Assembly (NCBI GenBank): GCA_963777605.1
Contig: CAVZRV010000008.1
Coordinates: forward strand, 160,001-224,000
DNA length: 64,000 nucleotides
Direction: 5' to 3'
Source of the DNA: an uncultured Acidobacteriota bacterium
GTDB lineage: Bacteria > Acidobacteriota > UBA6911 > RPQK01 > JAPXNP01
The notes under the pieces are model-generated. The model ran no database searches and was not told the DNA's origin. It worked only from the letters and a program-made list of their open reading frames with translations. Below are positions 40,715 through 51,377 of this stretch, piece by piece. A program made the translations under genes and the position numbers. Numbering within the stretch: position 1 is the first letter of the stretch; the number at the start of each line of letters is the position of its first letter.

Positions 40715-40787
40715 ACTTCCGACACTCCCACACAATCTAACGTCCGACCTCGGAGATGTTCCGAGATTGAGCCCAGTCGTCAGTGCA

Positions 40788-41715
40788 TTAGCGACGCAGT
40801 TTTTTCGGATCGAACGCTACCGTCGCTCGTTTGTAAGAACACTGAACTGCATTGCCGGCAAAGGACTCATAGGGTGTCGAGACACAGTTGCCGGAGAGGA
40901 TATTCTGCACGCAGGCGATTTGTTCCTGCACGAACTCAGAGTCGAGCGGTTCTCCATGGCCGGGAAGAATTGTCTCAAACTCGCCGCTTCGATTGTCAAG
41001 CTGTTTCGAGAGACTGGAGATAGGTTTCGAGCGGCAAGCTGGCATCAAGAAACATCCAGACCAGAACGTTGTTGTTGTCGCCGGAAAAGAGGAGTTTTTT
41101 TTCGGCGTCCAGCAAGCAGATGCTGCCCCTCGTATGGCCAGGAACGGCAATAACTTCGAGCGACCTGTGCCCGAGGTCAAATCGAGTTCCCTCCTCGACA
41201 GGCACAAGGTCCGTCGAATCGAATACCAACCCATCCTGCAGGACCAGAGCACGAAACTGGGGAGTCTCTGTGAGCACTCGCCGGATGGTTTCGAAGTGAT
41301 ACTCCCTCGAACTGAACTGCCGGGCCATTGGAAAGTCGGAAGGGTGCGCATGAACTCTCCGAAACTGAAAATTTCCTCCCGCGTGGTCGGGGTGCCCGTG
41401 CGTATTGACAACGAGCAGGGGCTTGTCGGTCGGAGTGCGGACGAATCCCGCCAAGTCGGCAACCCCAGTACCTGTATCGATCAACAGTGCCTTTTCGTCC
41501 CCTTCGACGAGGTAGATGTTGTCTCCACCGTGATCGTCTATTTTCCAGACCCCTTCCGCCACAGGTGTCGTAGTAAACCAGTCCGCAGGAGCCGGCTCAC
41601 TGTTTTCCGTGATCAGATCATCGTCTGCCTGCTGGTCTCGCGGTTCCATGCAGCCGGGAGAGAGGCAGTATAGGAGCACGCCAAAGACGCTCAACCAGTT
41701 TCGATTATTTCTCAC
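40788..41715 (-). CDS. MBL-fold metallo-hydrolase lipoprotein with one frameshift near 41005
   Basis: LIDTG, THGHPDHAGG, PGHT.GS, FSGD; the C-terminal ILPGHG lies in another frame after an A-run. Confidence 0.82.
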
Positions 41716-41797
41716 GATAGTCCCTGTAGAAGTTGTTTGACCCAGTTCCCATGACGATTCCCGTGTTTGCCGAGGCCCTGCGTCCACTTGCCGTGAC

Positions 41798-43468
41798 TCA
41801 GCGGGCCAAACGAGCGGCCTGATCCGGAGTCAGGACCTGTCCGTCTGCAAGCAGTCGATCCCGAAGTTGCTCGTATTCGATCTCCTGTACACCCAGTTGC
41901 TCATCAATCGCCATTGCAGCGATCGTCGCAGCAGATTGGCCCAGGATCATAAAGACCGGCTCCATCCGAATGGATCCATACGCGATATGCGAGGAAGACA
42001 AGCAGACCGGAACGACCAGGTTCGTGCACTGGTCGGACTCTGGGACGAGGCTTCCGTAATCGATCTGATACTCCCCCGTCGGCACCCCAATGTCTCCTTC
42101 GTTTTGTACGAAGCCCTCGGGAGTCACATAACGCTGCACATTGTGCGAGTCCATGGTGTAAGAACCCATCCCAACTGGATCGGGCGTCGTGCGCTCGCCG
42201 AGGCAGTCTTTTTCAGTCATCACGTAACGACCAACCATGCGGCGAGCCTCCCTGATATAGAGTTGGTAAGGCCAGTTTCCATTGTCCTCAAATTCGTCTT
42301 TTGCCAATCCCCACCCCGACATGGGACTCCGAACGTCTTCAGGGACCCTGTCGTCATTGGCCAGGAAATACATGAGCCCTTTCTGGTAACGCTCATGCTC
42401 CGCCACGATCTCCTGACGTCTCGAATAGGATGCTTCGGGATAGTCGTAGTTCATCCCAATATTGTCGGTACTGAACGGTCCGTGGTTATTGGTGTCCGTC
42501 TTGAGGTTGGGGATTGGGTCGAACTTCTCGAAAACTTCCCGCCATCCCGAATTCAAGACCCGGAGCAGTAATTCGTATTGTGACGCGTCATATCCTTCTG
42601 GTCTTGGAAATGGTACGCGGTTCTCCGGAACCCGAGTCAGACACATCCGAAAGCAGTATGCCTGGATGCGGCGGTCGCCCTCACCATTTTCCCCGGGGTC
42701 TGCCGCACTGATCCTGGGAAGAAGTCCGCTTTTCGGATCCCCGGGGCGAACATACGGGTCGATCTGATTCTTGAAGTAGTGCCCGTGATGGCGTGCGTCC
42801 TTCTGTACCCCGTTCCACTTTTCTCCGTATGCCTGGTTCGATTCCCGCCCCACGTGGTAGTTGACGCCGGCCGCGGCCATCAGGTCCCCCTCGTAGGTAG
42901 CGTCGATAAAAGTCTTCCCGCTGAACCTTTTCCCGTTGAGCATTAATATCGAGACGATGCGGTTGCCTTCCATCTCGACGCCGTGCTCCCGGTCAAGCCA
43001 ATTTCCCCGGAAAACAGAGACACTGTTTTCGGCCACGAAGCCCTCGAAGACTGTTTCGGCGACATGGGGCTCGAAAATCCACATCGTCCTCTGAGCACCG
43101 TCAATAGCCGGCGTGCCCTGTCCCTTGTTCCCATAATCGGCCTGGCTTTGCCATCGCCACGCATCCGGGCTCGCATACTGTTGCCACACGCGTTGGTAGA
43201 ATTCCCGGGCGATTCCCCCGATGACCGCCTTGTTGCCGGTGTCGGTCCAGCCCAGTCCGCCACTGGTCATCCCTCCCAGATGGGACTCGGGACAGATCAA
43301 GACAACCGACTTTCCCATGCGCGCCGCCTGGACTGCGGCAATTACTCCGGCACTCGTTCCGCCGTAGACCACGACGTCATATTCAGCCGGTTCATCACTT
43401 TCGCGCCCGGGAGTTGTTCCACACCCAAATACCACTGCCAGCGCCAACAGAATTGCCAAATGTCTCAT
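41798..43468 (-). CDS. FAD-dependent oxidoreductase (FAD_oxidored family) lipoprotein
   Basis: Lipobox VFGC; YDVVVYGGTSAG, FIDATYEGDL, YIREARR, SHIAYGSIRMEP. Confidence 0.9.
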   Translation of the reverse strand: MRHLAILLALAVVFGCGTTPGRESDEPAEYDVVVYGGTSAGVIAAVQAARMGKSVVLICPESHLGGMTSGGLGWTDTGNKAVIGGIAREFYQRVWQQYASPDAWRWQSQADYGNKGQGTPAIDGAQRTMWIFEPHVAETVFEGFVAENSVSVFRGNWLDREHGVEMEGNRIVSILMLNGKRFSGKTFIDATYEGDLMAAAGVNYHVGRESNQAYGEKWNGVQKDARHHGHYFKNQIDPYVRPGDPKSGLLPRISAADPGENGEGDRRIQAYCFRMCLTRVPENRVPFPRPEGYDASQYELLLRVLNSGWREVFEKFDPIPNLKTDTNNHGPFSTDNIGMNYDYPEASYSRRQEIVAEHERYQKGLMYFLANDDRVPEDVRSPMSGWGLAKDEFEDNGNWPYQLYIREARRMVGRYVMTEKDCLGERTTPDPVGMGSYTMDSHNVQRYVTPEGFVQNEGDIGVPTGEYQIDYGSLVPESDQCTNLVVPVCLSSSHIAYGSIRMEPVFMILGQSAATIAAMAIDEQLGVQEIEYEQLRDRLLADGQVLTPDQAARLAR

Positions 43469-43640
43469 ATGTTTTTCTCTTTGAGTATCTAACCGGCAGC
43501 TCATGTTGGCAAGGTGCTCCGGCTGCCCGAGGCGATCAGCATGCAGCGAACCCGGTCCACACATCGCGCCTCTCTCGAAATGCCGACGCCGGGATAAAAG
43601 GGGGGATGCGGAATACGAGTCTGTCCCTTATTCTCTAGCT

Positions 43641-45374
43641 ATGAGCAAGAGGATTCACTGGCTGGGATGGATTTATTTCCTGGTGAGTCTGGGATCGGGT
43701 TGTGGAACCCCCGTTGATCGCCCCAACATCGTCCTCATCATGACCGATGATCAGGGCTATGGAGACGTCGGCTTCCACGGCAATCCACGGGTCCGAACGC
43801 CCAATCTCGACCGGTTTGCCGACCAGTCGCTCGAGATGACTCATTTCTACGTATCGCCCGTCTGCGCCCCCACCCGGGCCAGCCTGATGACCGGTCGTTA
43901 CAATTATCGGACGGGAGTTGTGGACACCTATCTGGGACGTGCCATGATGCGGGCGGACGAGGTGACCATCGCGGAAGCTCTCCGATCTGGAGGTTACCGG
44001 ACCGGGATTTTCGGCAAGTGGCATCTGGGGGATAATTACCCGCTGAGAGCGATGGATCAGGGATTCGACGAGAGCCTGGTCCACCGGGGAGGAGGGATCG
44101 GGCAACCGGCGGACCCGCCCGGCAACCGATATCTCGATCCCGTTCTCCTGCATAACGGCAAGGAATTTCAGGGGAAGGGATACTGCACCGATATCTTCTT
44201 CGAAGCGGCCAGGCGATTCATCGAGCAGAACCAGTCGTCCCCCTTCTTCGTCTATCTCCCGACCAACGCTCCGCACACTCCGCTCCAGGTGCCCGACGAG
44301 TACAGTGCACCTTATCTTCGTGACGGTCTCGACGAAGACACTGCGCGTGTCTACGGGATGGTGACCAACATCGACGACAACGTGGGAAGATTCCTCTCAT
44401 TCCTCGAGAAGACAGGCCTGGACGAAAAGACGATCGTCATCTTCATGACTGACAACGGGCCACAGCAGGATCGCTACCGCGATGGTCTGCACGGCCTGAA
44501 GGCGTCTGTGTACGAAGGGGGCATCCGCGTTCCGTTCCTGGTTCGCTGGCCAGGCAAGGTAACGGCGGCGAGGAAGGTCGAAACACCGGCAGCTCACATC
44601 GACATACTCCCGACACTGCTCGAAGTCGTCGGCGTCCCCCTGCCGGAAGGGCGCAAGATCGACGGCACCAGTCTGTTGGCGGTCTGGGAAGACGCCGGCG
44701 TGACGTTGCCCGAACGCCTGCTCTTCTTCCAATCTCACCGGGGAGATGTGCCCGACCTGGGTCGATGCTGTGCCGTTCGGGGGCCGCGCTACAAACTGGT
44801 CCAGGCCAGGGGTTGGAGCCCGGGCCCGCCACCTTCCGATCCGTCATGGGAATTGTTCGACCTGGTTTCGGATCCGGGTGAAACCAAAGACGTCGCGAAA
44901 GAACGGCCGGAACTCGTGGAGACGATGCACCAGAGCTACGTTGGCTGGTTCGAGGATGTCTCCCAAGATGGCTACAGGCCGCCCCGCCCCGTGGTCGGCA
45001 CCGAACATGAGAACCCGGTCACTCTGACCCGCCAGGACTGGCGCGGACCCGACGCCAACTGGAGTGAGACCGGAAACGGCTACTGGGACATCACCATTGC
45101 GACCGAGAGCGACTACGAAATCACCCTGGATTTTCCCGCTCTCGACTCTCCTGGATCTGCCCGACTCCAGATCGGCGCGGAATCCTGGGCCGCAGAGGTA
45201 CCTTCAGGTGAGGTGTCGGCAACGTTCACGGCTGCGCACCTCGTCCCGGGGGATTTCCGCCTCTGGGCAATGATCTCCAAGTCCGGGCAACGGAACCGGG
45301 GCGCCCATTACGTGCACCTTCGCCGAGTCGCGGACGCTACCGGTTCAGGAGCCTCTCCGCCCGAATCCCGCTGA
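43641..45374 (+). CDS. Arylsulfatase (formylglycine-dependent, Cys type) lipoprotein
   Basis: RPNIVLIMTDDQG, CAPTRASLMTG, GKWHLG, TDNG, YEGGIRVP. Confidence 0.93.
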   Translation: MSKRIHWLGWIYFLVSLGSGCGTPVDRPNIVLIMTDDQGYGDVGFHGNPRVRTPNLDRFADQSLEMTHFYVSPVCAPTRASLMTGRYNYRTGVVDTYLGRAMMRADEVTIAEALRSGGYRTGIFGKWHLGDNYPLRAMDQGFDESLVHRGGGIGQPADPPGNRYLDPVLLHNGKEFQGKGYCTDIFFEAARRFIEQNQSSPFFVYLPTNAPHTPLQVPDEYSAPYLRDGLDEDTARVYGMVTNIDDNVGRFLSFLEKTGLDEKTIVIFMTDNGPQQDRYRDGLHGLKASVYEGGIRVPFLVRWPGKVTAARKVETPAAHIDILPTLLEVVGVPLPEGRKIDGTSLLAVWEDAGVTLPERLLFFQSHRGDVPDLGRCCAVRGPRYKLVQARGWSPGPPPSDPSWELFDLVSDPGETKDVAKERPELVETMHQSYVGWFEDVSQDGYRPPRPVVGTEHENPVTLTRQDWRGPDANWSETGNGYWDITIATESDYEITLDFPALDSPGSARLQIGAESWAAEVPSGEVSATFTAAHLVPGDFRLWAMISKSGQRNRGAHYVHLRRVADATGSGASPPESR

Positions 45375-48300
45375 TCGCATCGGTGGCCCGGATTGTCCAC
45401 GTTCCCGGTGAATCATTGAGTGCGAACGGGATTTCGAGATGGCCGACCCCGTTGACCAGGTCGACGTTCTTCGAATAGTAAGGAATCGGCTGCCCGGACG
45501 GAGAAATCACCTCGACCTGAATTACCGAACGGTCAACGGGTTGGCCGGCCTCGTCCTTGAGCCTGAGTTCGAGATTGTCGGAGATCTGCAGAGAATCGAT
45601 CCTCGACGGCCGTTCCAGGATCAGGGCGGGCCGGGAGGGATCGATTTCGATCGTGGGCCCGAAAGTGCCTTGAGTCCAGAGGTCGTATCGCACCCGATCG
45701 GTCGACGGCAGCGTGAGGGTTGTCGCTGATTCCGGCAAGAGGCCGATCAACTTCGAAGTCCCGAAGTTTCTCACCGTGGTGAGGTGATCGCCTGAAATCC
45801 CGAGCGCTCGGGGAATGCCCAGGTCAGTCGGGCCGGAATTCCGGAAACCTGCCGGGGGATCCTGCCAGAGCTGTTTCGTTCGCCAGCGGCACTTCTCGTT
45901 CATTCGCCCCGTCTGCTCGTCGATGTATACCATGCCGCCAGACGCCGCAAACTCTTCGATCTCAGTAACTTCCTTGTCCGAGAGTGCGATCGAGTAAGGG
46001 AGGATGAGGACCTTGTAATTTCGAAGGTCCCCAGCCTCAATCTGGGGGCTTGCCAAAAAACGGAACTGGACTCCCTGTTTCTCCAGTTCCTTCACCCAGA
46101 GATTCCTCCGTTGCATCAACTCCCGGAAGTTCTGCGACGTCCGTTGGGCCGAAGCAACCCCTTCCTCGATGGTGCCGTCGGTAATCCAGGCTCCCCGAAT
46201 CGACGCCATCGAAAAATGGATCGCCACGCCGTCCTCGGCGACCCCTGAATTCATGAAGATCCGCCCGACGCCCGACTGCATCTTCCCGAAGGCCCTGGAG
46301 AGACCTTCCCCCTGTTCACTCAGTGTGAGGTCGGGGTTCATCAAGGTGTAATGCCAGAATATCGAAGCCCCGGAGTGGCCGTAAAAGAGCCTTCTCCAGA
46401 CCTCCTGCTGGACGTCGTGGGTGCGGCCGTACCCGGTGAAGCCGGTCAGCCGGAGATTCGGATTGAAGAGGTAGTGCATCGCATCCTGGTTGCCGCCCGA
46501 ATAGGGTTGCAGGTAGTCAGCGATCTGATCGATTTCGTACCAGTTGCAGCCGTTGTGGGGAGTCGGTATCTGGGTACCCGAAAAGGAAGCCCGGGCTCCG
46601 GGATCGATTTCGTGGGCGAGTTTCCCGGCATCCCGTATTCTCTGGACGAAAGCCTCCTCCATGAACACGCGATGGTCCGACCAGGGAGCGAAGTTGCCAT
46701 GCTCCTGGGCCTGCTTCGTGGTCATGGGAAGCACCTGATCCCAAGACTCGAACCGGGTAGACCAGTTCTCGTTGAGGTTGGCCACGGTGCCGTAGCGGGT
46801 TTTCAGCCAGGCTCGAAAGGCTGTCAAGTCGGCCGAGGACCAATCCACGTCAAATGCGTCGGCGTAGCATGTCACCGAAGACTCGTCGGCAAGGTAGTAG
46901 GCGAAGGGTTCGAGGGGAACCATGTCTCCGACTCGCTCTTCGAATCGATCTCTCATGTCACGCTCCAGGTTCGGGGCATGGAGCGAGATATTGCGGGTCA
47001 CGAAGGAGGTATCACCGGTTTCGAGAAACCTGGCTTTCCTTTCCACATAGGACTCCCGATTGTACCAGTAGATCCCGAAAACCGGCTCGTGAACGCTGGC
47101 AATGATCCTAAAGTTCCTTTCCGGGTCCTCCAACGTCGTGACCCCGATCTTTCGGAGTTGGGCGTCAAGTGCCGGAATCCAGGGCTGGTAGGAGTTGGGT
47201 CCGTACCAGGGAAGAATCACTTCGTAGTCGTTCCATTCCCGGGAGAAGGCGGCAAACCGGACCTGTTCCGTGACCTCCGCTGTCCCCACTCTGACCCTCA
47301 GGAAGCCGCCATGGGTCAAAGGGGGTGATTTCAGCGGCAACGTTGCCTGCCGAGATCCGGCCTGGTCGGTCTTCGCTCGACCCAACAGGCGTCCGAATCC
47401 GTCTTCTACCGTTATCTCTGCCGGCCCGGTCGCATCAAAGCGTACCTTTACGCTTTCTCCGGCGTGCATGACCCGGGGTTCAATGCTCTCGATCCGGGCC
47501 GAGTTTGGTTGGGAAATGTTGATTGCGCTGATCTCCCAGTCCGCCGATCCATGCTGTTCCAGGAAGTAGCGCCCGGGAGGCAGGTCGCCGAAGGAGTCGG
47601 CGGGACCGGTTCCTTCCGAGACGATTACGCCCTTCTCACTTCTGAGAAGCCAACGTTCCCATCGCTGGCGGGCGACCGGTTCCGGTTCCCGACCGGCCGC
47701 ATACATAATGGACCTGCCCAGCATGGCGTAGAAGTACTCCCAGTAAACATCGACAGGCTGGCCGAGTGCCCGCATCGGCATTCGCCAACTGAGGCCGATG
47801 TTCCGGAATCCGAATGCCACCACAGTTCCCTTTCCGAATTTCCGGGTTGCCAGGACCGGCGAGCCCGATCCCGTGATGACCAGCGCCTTCGAGTCGGGAG
47901 CGAGGCGGTACTTGTAGTCCTCGAGCAGGTCGAACGGGAAACTCTCGATCGGAATCGCCCGAGTCAGGTAGTGGTCTTCCACAGTGCTCCAGGAGGACGA
48001 CTCGAATTCGGGTTCCATCGGCTCGTAGGGTTGGGGTGGCACTTTGACCGGGACCGCGGGAACCAGAGGCGACAATTCTGATTCGAACGGGCGGATCAGC
48101 ACGAGGCCGCACCCTTCCTTCACCCGGTCGATGAGCGCCTGTCGGCTCCTCGGGCTGAGTGCTTCCCAGCCGTGATGAAGCGGAAGGAGAATGACGTCGA
48201 ACTGCTTGTCACTGGTCAACTCCTGTTCGAGGTAGCCGTAGATCAAGTTCAGGTCGCCCTGTTCGGCCCGGGCACCATAGTCTTTGCCAAACGCCATCGT

Positions 48301-48624
48301 CCACTTGTTGATATCCCAGGCCGGGTCAATACTCACGGTGGTCAGGTCCAGTTCGAACCGTTCCGCGAGCTCGACCAGGGTACGTCCCTCCTGGACGCTG
48401 GGAACGGCCAGGAGCCGAATCGGCCCCCCGGGCATTGGCTTCGCCCAAACCACATGAGGGGTCTCAATTTGAAGCGTGTAGGGCTCTTCAAATCGTCTTC
48501 CGGTCCCTTCTCTCTGCCCCATGCCCACGTCCTGAGCGAGGAGCGGCGCAGGCACAAGCAGGAGGACCGCAAGCACTGACAATAGAGACAAGATCAGTTC
48601 GTTGGAAAAGGTTTTGCGGTGCAT
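45337..48624 (-). CDS. Large secreted GH42-like (beta-galactosidase-like) glycoside hydrolase
   Basis: Signal peptide; TPHVVWAKP; FRAWLKTRYGTVANLNENW; trimerisation-like YKVLILPYSIALSD; C-terminal IPFALND.PGTW.I. Confidence 0.72.
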   Translation of the reverse strand: MHRKTFSNELILSLLSVLAVLLLVPAPLLAQDVGMGQREGTGRRFEEPYTLQIETPHVVWAKPMPGGPIRLLAVPSVQEGRTLVELAERFELDLTTVSIDPAWDINKWTMAFGKDYGARAEQGDLNLIYGYLEQELTSDKQFDVILLPLHHGWEALSPRSRQALIDRVKEGCGLVLIRPFESELSPLVPAVPVKVPPQPYEPMEPEFESSSWSTVEDHYLTRAIPIESFPFDLLEDYKYRLAPDSKALVITGSGSPVLATRKFGKGTVVAFGFRNIGLSWRMPMRALGQPVDVYWEYFYAMLGRSIMYAAGREPEPVARQRWERWLLRSEKGVIVSEGTGPADSFGDLPPGRYFLEQHGSADWEISAINISQPNSARIESIEPRVMHAGESVKVRFDATGPAEITVEDGFGRLLGRAKTDQAGSRQATLPLKSPPLTHGGFLRVRVGTAEVTEQVRFAAFSREWNDYEVILPWYGPNSYQPWIPALDAQLRKIGVTTLEDPERNFRIIASVHEPVFGIYWYNRESYVERKARFLETGDTSFVTRNISLHAPNLERDMRDRFEERVGDMVPLEPFAYYLADESSVTCYADAFDVDWSSADLTAFRAWLKTRYGTVANLNENWSTRFESWDQVLPMTTKQAQEHGNFAPWSDHRVFMEEAFVQRIRDAGKLAHEIDPGARASFSGTQIPTPHNGCNWYEIDQIADYLQPYSGGNQDAMHYLFNPNLRLTGFTGYGRTHDVQQEVWRRLFYGHSGASIFWHYTLMNPDLTLSEQGEGLSRAFGKMQSGVGRIFMNSGVAEDGVAIHFSMASIRGAWITDGTIEEGVASAQRTSQNFRELMQRRNLWVKELEKQGVQFRFLASPQIEAGDLRNYKVLILPYSIALSDKEVTEIEEFAASGGMVYIDEQTGRMNEKCRWRTKQLWQDPPAGFRNSGPTDLGIPRALGISGDHLTTVRNFGTSKLIGLLPESATTLTLPSTDRVRYDLWTQGTFGPTIEIDPSRPALILERPSRIDSLQISDNLELRLKDEAGQPVDRSVIQVEVISPSGQPIPYYSKNVDLVNGVGHLEIPFALNDSPGTWTIRATDAISGIRAERLLNR

Positions 48625-48681
48625 TACCCTCCATTCTCTGACAGGGTGACGGAAATGGATAGGTGTGTTAGTTTCTTGCCT

Positions 48682-48921
48682 ATGACGAGTTGCAGAATCG
48701 AATGCGACCGGTGTGGCCGCGAGTTTGATTCCCCACTTCAATTCGAAGACGAGCAGTCCTTCCTTGAATCTTCGCTCGTAGGCACCATGGTGCCCTGCGA
48801 CAAGTGCGGGCTGCTGAGTAACTGCAGCCCCAAGAACATGATCTTCGTCGGGGCCGAGCAGGACGAGGCAGAAGTAGAGGAGTCTGACGACTGGCAGAAC
48901 TACGCCGGACGTGATTTCTAG
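48682..48921 (+). CDS. Small zinc-ribbon protein
   Basis: CDRC...CDKC pairs and an acidic tail. Confidence 0.65.
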   Translation: MTSCRIECDRCGREFDSPLQFEDEQSFLESSLVGTMVPCDKCGLLSNCSPKNMIFVGAEQDEAEVEESDDWQNYAGRDF

Positions 48922-48984
48922 ATCGACCCCCCGGTTTGAGCGGCCGGGGCCGGATTACCGATCGACCTGGGTTGCCTGTCGTAC

Positions 48985-51237
48985 TCACCTGGTTTGGCGG
49001 GTGGCTTCCTGAAATTTTGTCTGGGCGAGTGCTCCGTAAACATCCTGAAAGGAACGTTCGGGAGCGCGATCCACGATTACCAGTTCGTCCGTGGCATCGA
49101 AAAGGCTGTACGCCGACTTGGCGAGCCCATACTCTTTCTTCACCTGGCCCGAGAGAATCGGGTGCCCGAGTCGATCGACCGTGCTGGAAAGGATGAGCTG
49201 TCTTGGTGCGAGGGCTGCCGCGAGTTCGGGAAGGTCGAATCCTTGGAGACCGCCGTTGATCACGTTGTCCAGTTGGCCCCTGTGAAAGGTCCCGTCAACT
49301 ACATCCTGCCAGGAAATTACCCCGCCTTCGATGAGCACCTGGGATATCCTGTCGTCCAGGACGGCGGCGTGAAGAAGGGGAACCGACGCGGAACCTTTCG
49401 CAACCGCCAGAACGCCTTTCGCCGACCCCGGGGTAAGAGCTTCCAGAAGATCGACGGATCGCATGATGTCGACTGCACGCATGCCGGCCAGGGGACGGTT
49501 GACAAGAAGTGCTTTCATGGCAATCACGTAGTCGGGAGAGAACCAGGCCGTGAAGCGCTCATTCCGATCGCCACCGCGTGCCGTTTCGCCTTTGCCTCTA
49601 AGGTCGGGGACAAGAACGACATTCCCACCTTCGACGAGGGAGCGAACGTCGGTTCCCAGATCCTGACTCTTTGATTGGTCCGGAAGATAGAGCACGGACC
49701 GTCCGGTCGAAGGCATTGCCGAATCGGGCCGGGCCAGAAGGACCGGCAGGGTAATTCCAGGTTCGACGTCGAAGGTGAGCATCTGAACATGCATCCCATC
49801 GAGGGAAGAACTCCCGTAGTCCTGGATGTTGAGGGCGGTCGGAACAGGATTGTATACTGCTCTCTCGCGAATCTCTGAAATCAGGTGTTCCCGGAACCGC
49901 CTGAAGGCGGTTGTGTCCTGGAGCCTGGTCGGCGTTGATCGGAGTGTTCGCGAGTATGCTGCATTGAGCGAATTGATGGTTTCAGCGCGGGGAAACTCGG
50001 TGGAAACCTGGCCTGATTCCGTTACTTGGAGAACCTGGTCGGGTTCCGGGTTGAGGGGCTCCTCATCCCAGGGTCCCGACAGCCCAAGCAGGTGTTTCCC
50101 CAGCCAACGATAGGCGGCTTCCCGTCTCGGCCGGGTGTAGCCATGTTGGTCGTCTGCCTCGAACTGTTCAAGGTTCTCGGACCGGCCCAGCACTTCATAG
50201 ATCCGCCGCCCTTCCGCCACCGAAGCCCGGGCACCGAGAATGGGGAAGAAATCCCGGATCGCCGTGTTGACCAGGTAAGGTTTAGGGGCGAACGCAAAGA
50301 TGAAATCCGAGAAATCGAGCCCCTCGGCAATGAAGGGAACCAGGCACTGTTCGGAGTCCTGCGGACCTATGGTCGTCCAGAGTCGGTCCCAGCGGGTGAT
50401 GTAGCAACTCGGGACGGCGACCTTGACGCGGTCATCGACCGCGGCGATGTAGGCCGTTAGCGTACCTCCGCCTGAGTTGCCGGTGGCACCGATCCGCTCG
50501 GGATCGACTTCGGGTCGGCTGACCAGGTAGTCAATCCCCCGAATGCCGTCCCACACAAAGTAGTTGGCCACATTAGATCCGGTCAGCAGACACTGGACTC
50601 CGGCCATCGTGTGCTCAATCGTCGTCGGCCACTCGGGCTCGAGCTCAGACTCACCGAGCTTCGGGTCGTAGTAGAGGAATCGCTCGCCCTGTCCGGGAGG
50701 ATCGTAGACGAGGACGACAAACCCGAGCCGGGCAAGGCCCGCGAAGACACGCTGGTAGACGGTCGACGCTTTCCCGTTATTGGAGTGCCCGCAGGAACCC
50801 AGGATCGCCGGGAACGGCCCCTTTCCGGAACCGGTCGGGAGGTACAGGTTTGCCGTCACATAGTTTCCGGGACGACTCTCGTAGATCACGTTTTCGACCC
50901 GATAGCCCTTTCGTTCGAAGCTTCCCGTGACGTGAGGATTCAAAGGGGACTTGGGAGGAAAGGGTCCCAGCATCCGAAGCATTTTCTGGCGGATTTCGGC
51001 CTGCCGTGCCTCCACCTGGTCCGGTCCCGTCATCGCTGTGAGCCGGTCGGCCCGGGACTTCCAGAACTGCTCGGCGATCCCGGTCAGATAACGGTCGAGC
51101 ATCTCGGACGCCAGCCGAGTCTCAGCCTCGGAACGGTAGACATTCAGGCTCTGTCCCAGCGCTCCCCCCTCAACGAGAAACAGCACCAGGGCCAGGAAGT
51201 GAAGGGGATTCACACGAAAACGTGATTGCACGGCCAT
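48985..51237 (-). CDS. Secreted acetylxylan esterase-like protein with a double alpha/beta hydrolase fold
   Basis: ESRPG..VTANLY, CGH, DPPGQGER, nucleophile TGNSGGG; second fold degenerate. Confidence 0.85.
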   Translation of the reverse strand: MAVQSRFRVNPLHFLALVLFLVEGGALGQSLNVYRSEAETRLASEMLDRYLTGIAEQFWKSRADRLTAMTGPDQVEARQAEIRQKMLRMLGPFPPKSPLNPHVTGSFERKGYRVENVIYESRPGNYVTANLYLPTGSGKGPFPAILGSCGHSNNGKASTVYQRVFAGLARLGFVVLVYDPPGQGERFLYYDPKLGESELEPEWPTTIEHTMAGVQCLLTGSNVANYFVWDGIRGIDYLVSRPEVDPERIGATGNSGGGTLTAYIAAVDDRVKVAVPSCYITRWDRLWTTIGPQDSEQCLVPFIAEGLDFSDFIFAFAPKPYLVNTAIRDFFPILGARASVAEGRRIYEVLGRSENLEQFEADDQHGYTRPRREAAYRWLGKHLLGLSGPWDEEPLNPEPDQVLQVTESGQVSTEFPRAETINSLNAAYSRTLRSTPTRLQDTTAFRRFREHLISEIRERAVYNPVPTALNIQDYGSSSLDGMHVQMLTFDVEPGITLPVLLARPDSAMPSTGRSVLYLPDQSKSQDLGTDVRSLVEGGNVVLVPDLRGKGETARGGDRNERFTAWFSPDYVIAMKALLVNRPLAGMRAVDIMRSVDLLEALTPGSAKGVLAVAKGSASVPLLHAAVLDDRISQVLIEGGVISWQDVVDGTFHRGQLDNVINGGLQGFDLPELAAALAPRQLILSSTVDRLGHPILSGQVKKEYGLAKSAYSLFDATDELVIVDRAPERSFQDVYGALAQTKFQEATRQTR

Positions 51238-51377
51238 TTCGATCCTCCCAAATTCGCAGACGGGCCAGAACAGAGTCCGTCTGGGAGCAGGATACAGAAA
51301 ACTGGCGACAGGGGACAGGAAACCGGAAACTGCCCCCTACACATCCCACTCCCGAGAACCTAGAATCAACAGTTGCG

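Noticed and set aside
40990-41020. Programmed ribosomal frameshift in the MBL hydrolase (and at about 61170)
   Set aside because: No slippery heptamer or stimulatory structure; the many other indels in the window favour sequencing error
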